A DNA stretch of 64,000 nt from the human T2T-CHM13v2.0 reference genome, Homo sapiens: NCBI RefSeq assembly GCF_009914755.1, contig NC_060937.1; one strand, written 5' to 3'. Made by a program: the position numbers and the translations under genes. Positions 63,791 through 64,000 of the stretch are shown in pieces. Positions within the stretch are counted from its first letter, which is position 1. Every line of letters begins with the position of its first letter. The notes below the pieces were generated by a model. It was not told the origin of the DNA, did no database searches, and was given only the letters and a program-made list of their open reading frames with translations.

Positions 63791-64000
63791 TAGGTACATA
63801 AAATATGAAAGTACATCAAATATAGATAATATACTGTACATAAAATATCAAAGTACCCCAATTATATATTATATACTCTACATGAAATATCAAAGTTCAC
63901 AAACCATATATTATATACTGTACATAAAATATCAAAGTACCCAAGGTATATATTCTATACTGTACAAAAAATATCAAAGTACCCAAAGCATGTATTATAT

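Larger units (their letters stand above)
1..64000 (+). repeat. Human satellite 1A (HSat1A / SAR / classical satellite I) array: 42-bp monomer, 378-bp 9-mer HOR
   Basis: Continuous 42-bp periodicity from first to last base. Typically two GTAC sites per monomer give a 17-bp piece (ACATAAAATATCAAAGT) and a 25-bp piece (e.g. ACCCAAACTATACATTATATACTGT), the defining A/B units of human satellite 1. Nine distinguishable monomers recur in fixed order every 378 or 373 bp. Very AT-rich, CpG nearly absent. Family assignment is from recognition of the consensus, not a database search; the chromosome cannot be determined. Confidence 0.96.

Noticed and set aside
167-63793. All ORFs in the six-frame track as protein-coding genes
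   Set aside because: They are translations of a 42-bp (14-codon) satellite. Starts and stops track repeat variants, there are no recognisable domains, and stops and frameshifts are pervasive.
1-64000. CRISPR-like array (conserved 17-bp unit alternating with a variable 25-bp unit)
   Set aside because: The 'spacers' are homologous to each other and recur in a fixed 9-cycle. There are no cas genes or leader. This is the A/B structure of satellite 1.
1-64000. TATA-box-like TATATA/TATAAA motifs as promoters
   Set aside because: Expected in every monomer at this composition, with no supporting promoter context.
1-64000. Inversions or Alu/L1 insertions within the array
   Set aside because: None seen. 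The A-rich orientation and monomer phase persist throughout, and the minus-strand ORFs are simply antisense readings of the same repeat.
1-64000. Origin from an AT-rich microbial or parasite genome (repeat antigen gene)
   Set aside because: Monomer sequence, the 17/25-bp RsaI architecture and the 378-bp HOR fit human HSat1A, and no gene structure flanks the repeats.
1-64000. 378 = 2 x 189 and 168 bp as nucleosome-length selection
   Set aside because: These are simply multiples of 42. The numerical coincidence is not evidence without chromatin data.

Overview
The whole 64 kb window is one uninterrupted, single-orientation, extremely AT-rich tandem array of a 42-bp monomer (consensus about ACATAAAATATCAAAGT-ACCCAAACTATACATTATATACTGT). 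Monomers are organised into a 378-bp 9-mer higher-order repeat (HOR), with a very common 373-bp variant carrying a 5-bp deletion. This matches classical human satellite 1 / HSat1A (SAR): 17-bp A plus 25-bp B subunits bounded by GTAC (RsaI) sites. I find no genes, RNA genes, transposons, CRISPR arrays, inversions or non-satellite insertions. All listed ORFs are translations of the repeat (42 bp = 14 codons), and I cannot support a novel gene system. The points of interest are structural: (i) a divergent island at about 15.6-20.1 kb with its own monomer types and periods; (ii) at least three 9-mer sub-haplotypes forming 751/1129-bp super-repeats; (iii) recurrent truncated or expanded HORs joined at look-alike monomers; (iv) near-identical tandem duplications (1502, 1670 bp) and dispersed duplicated blocks; (v) strand-asymmetric RNA motifs, with Pumilio elements on + and AATAAA on -. 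All offsets were read by eye or from the ORF track, and block boundaries are approximate. Monomer numbering used below, by the bases after AAAATAT: m1 GAAATTACATC..TAGG, m2 GAAAGTACATC..ATAGATT, m3 CAAAGTACCCC, m4 CAAAGTTCAC, m5 ..CCAAGGTA, m6 ..CAAAGCATG, m7 GAAAGTACATC..TTTTATTC, m8 ..CACCAGAT, m9 ..CAAACTATACA.
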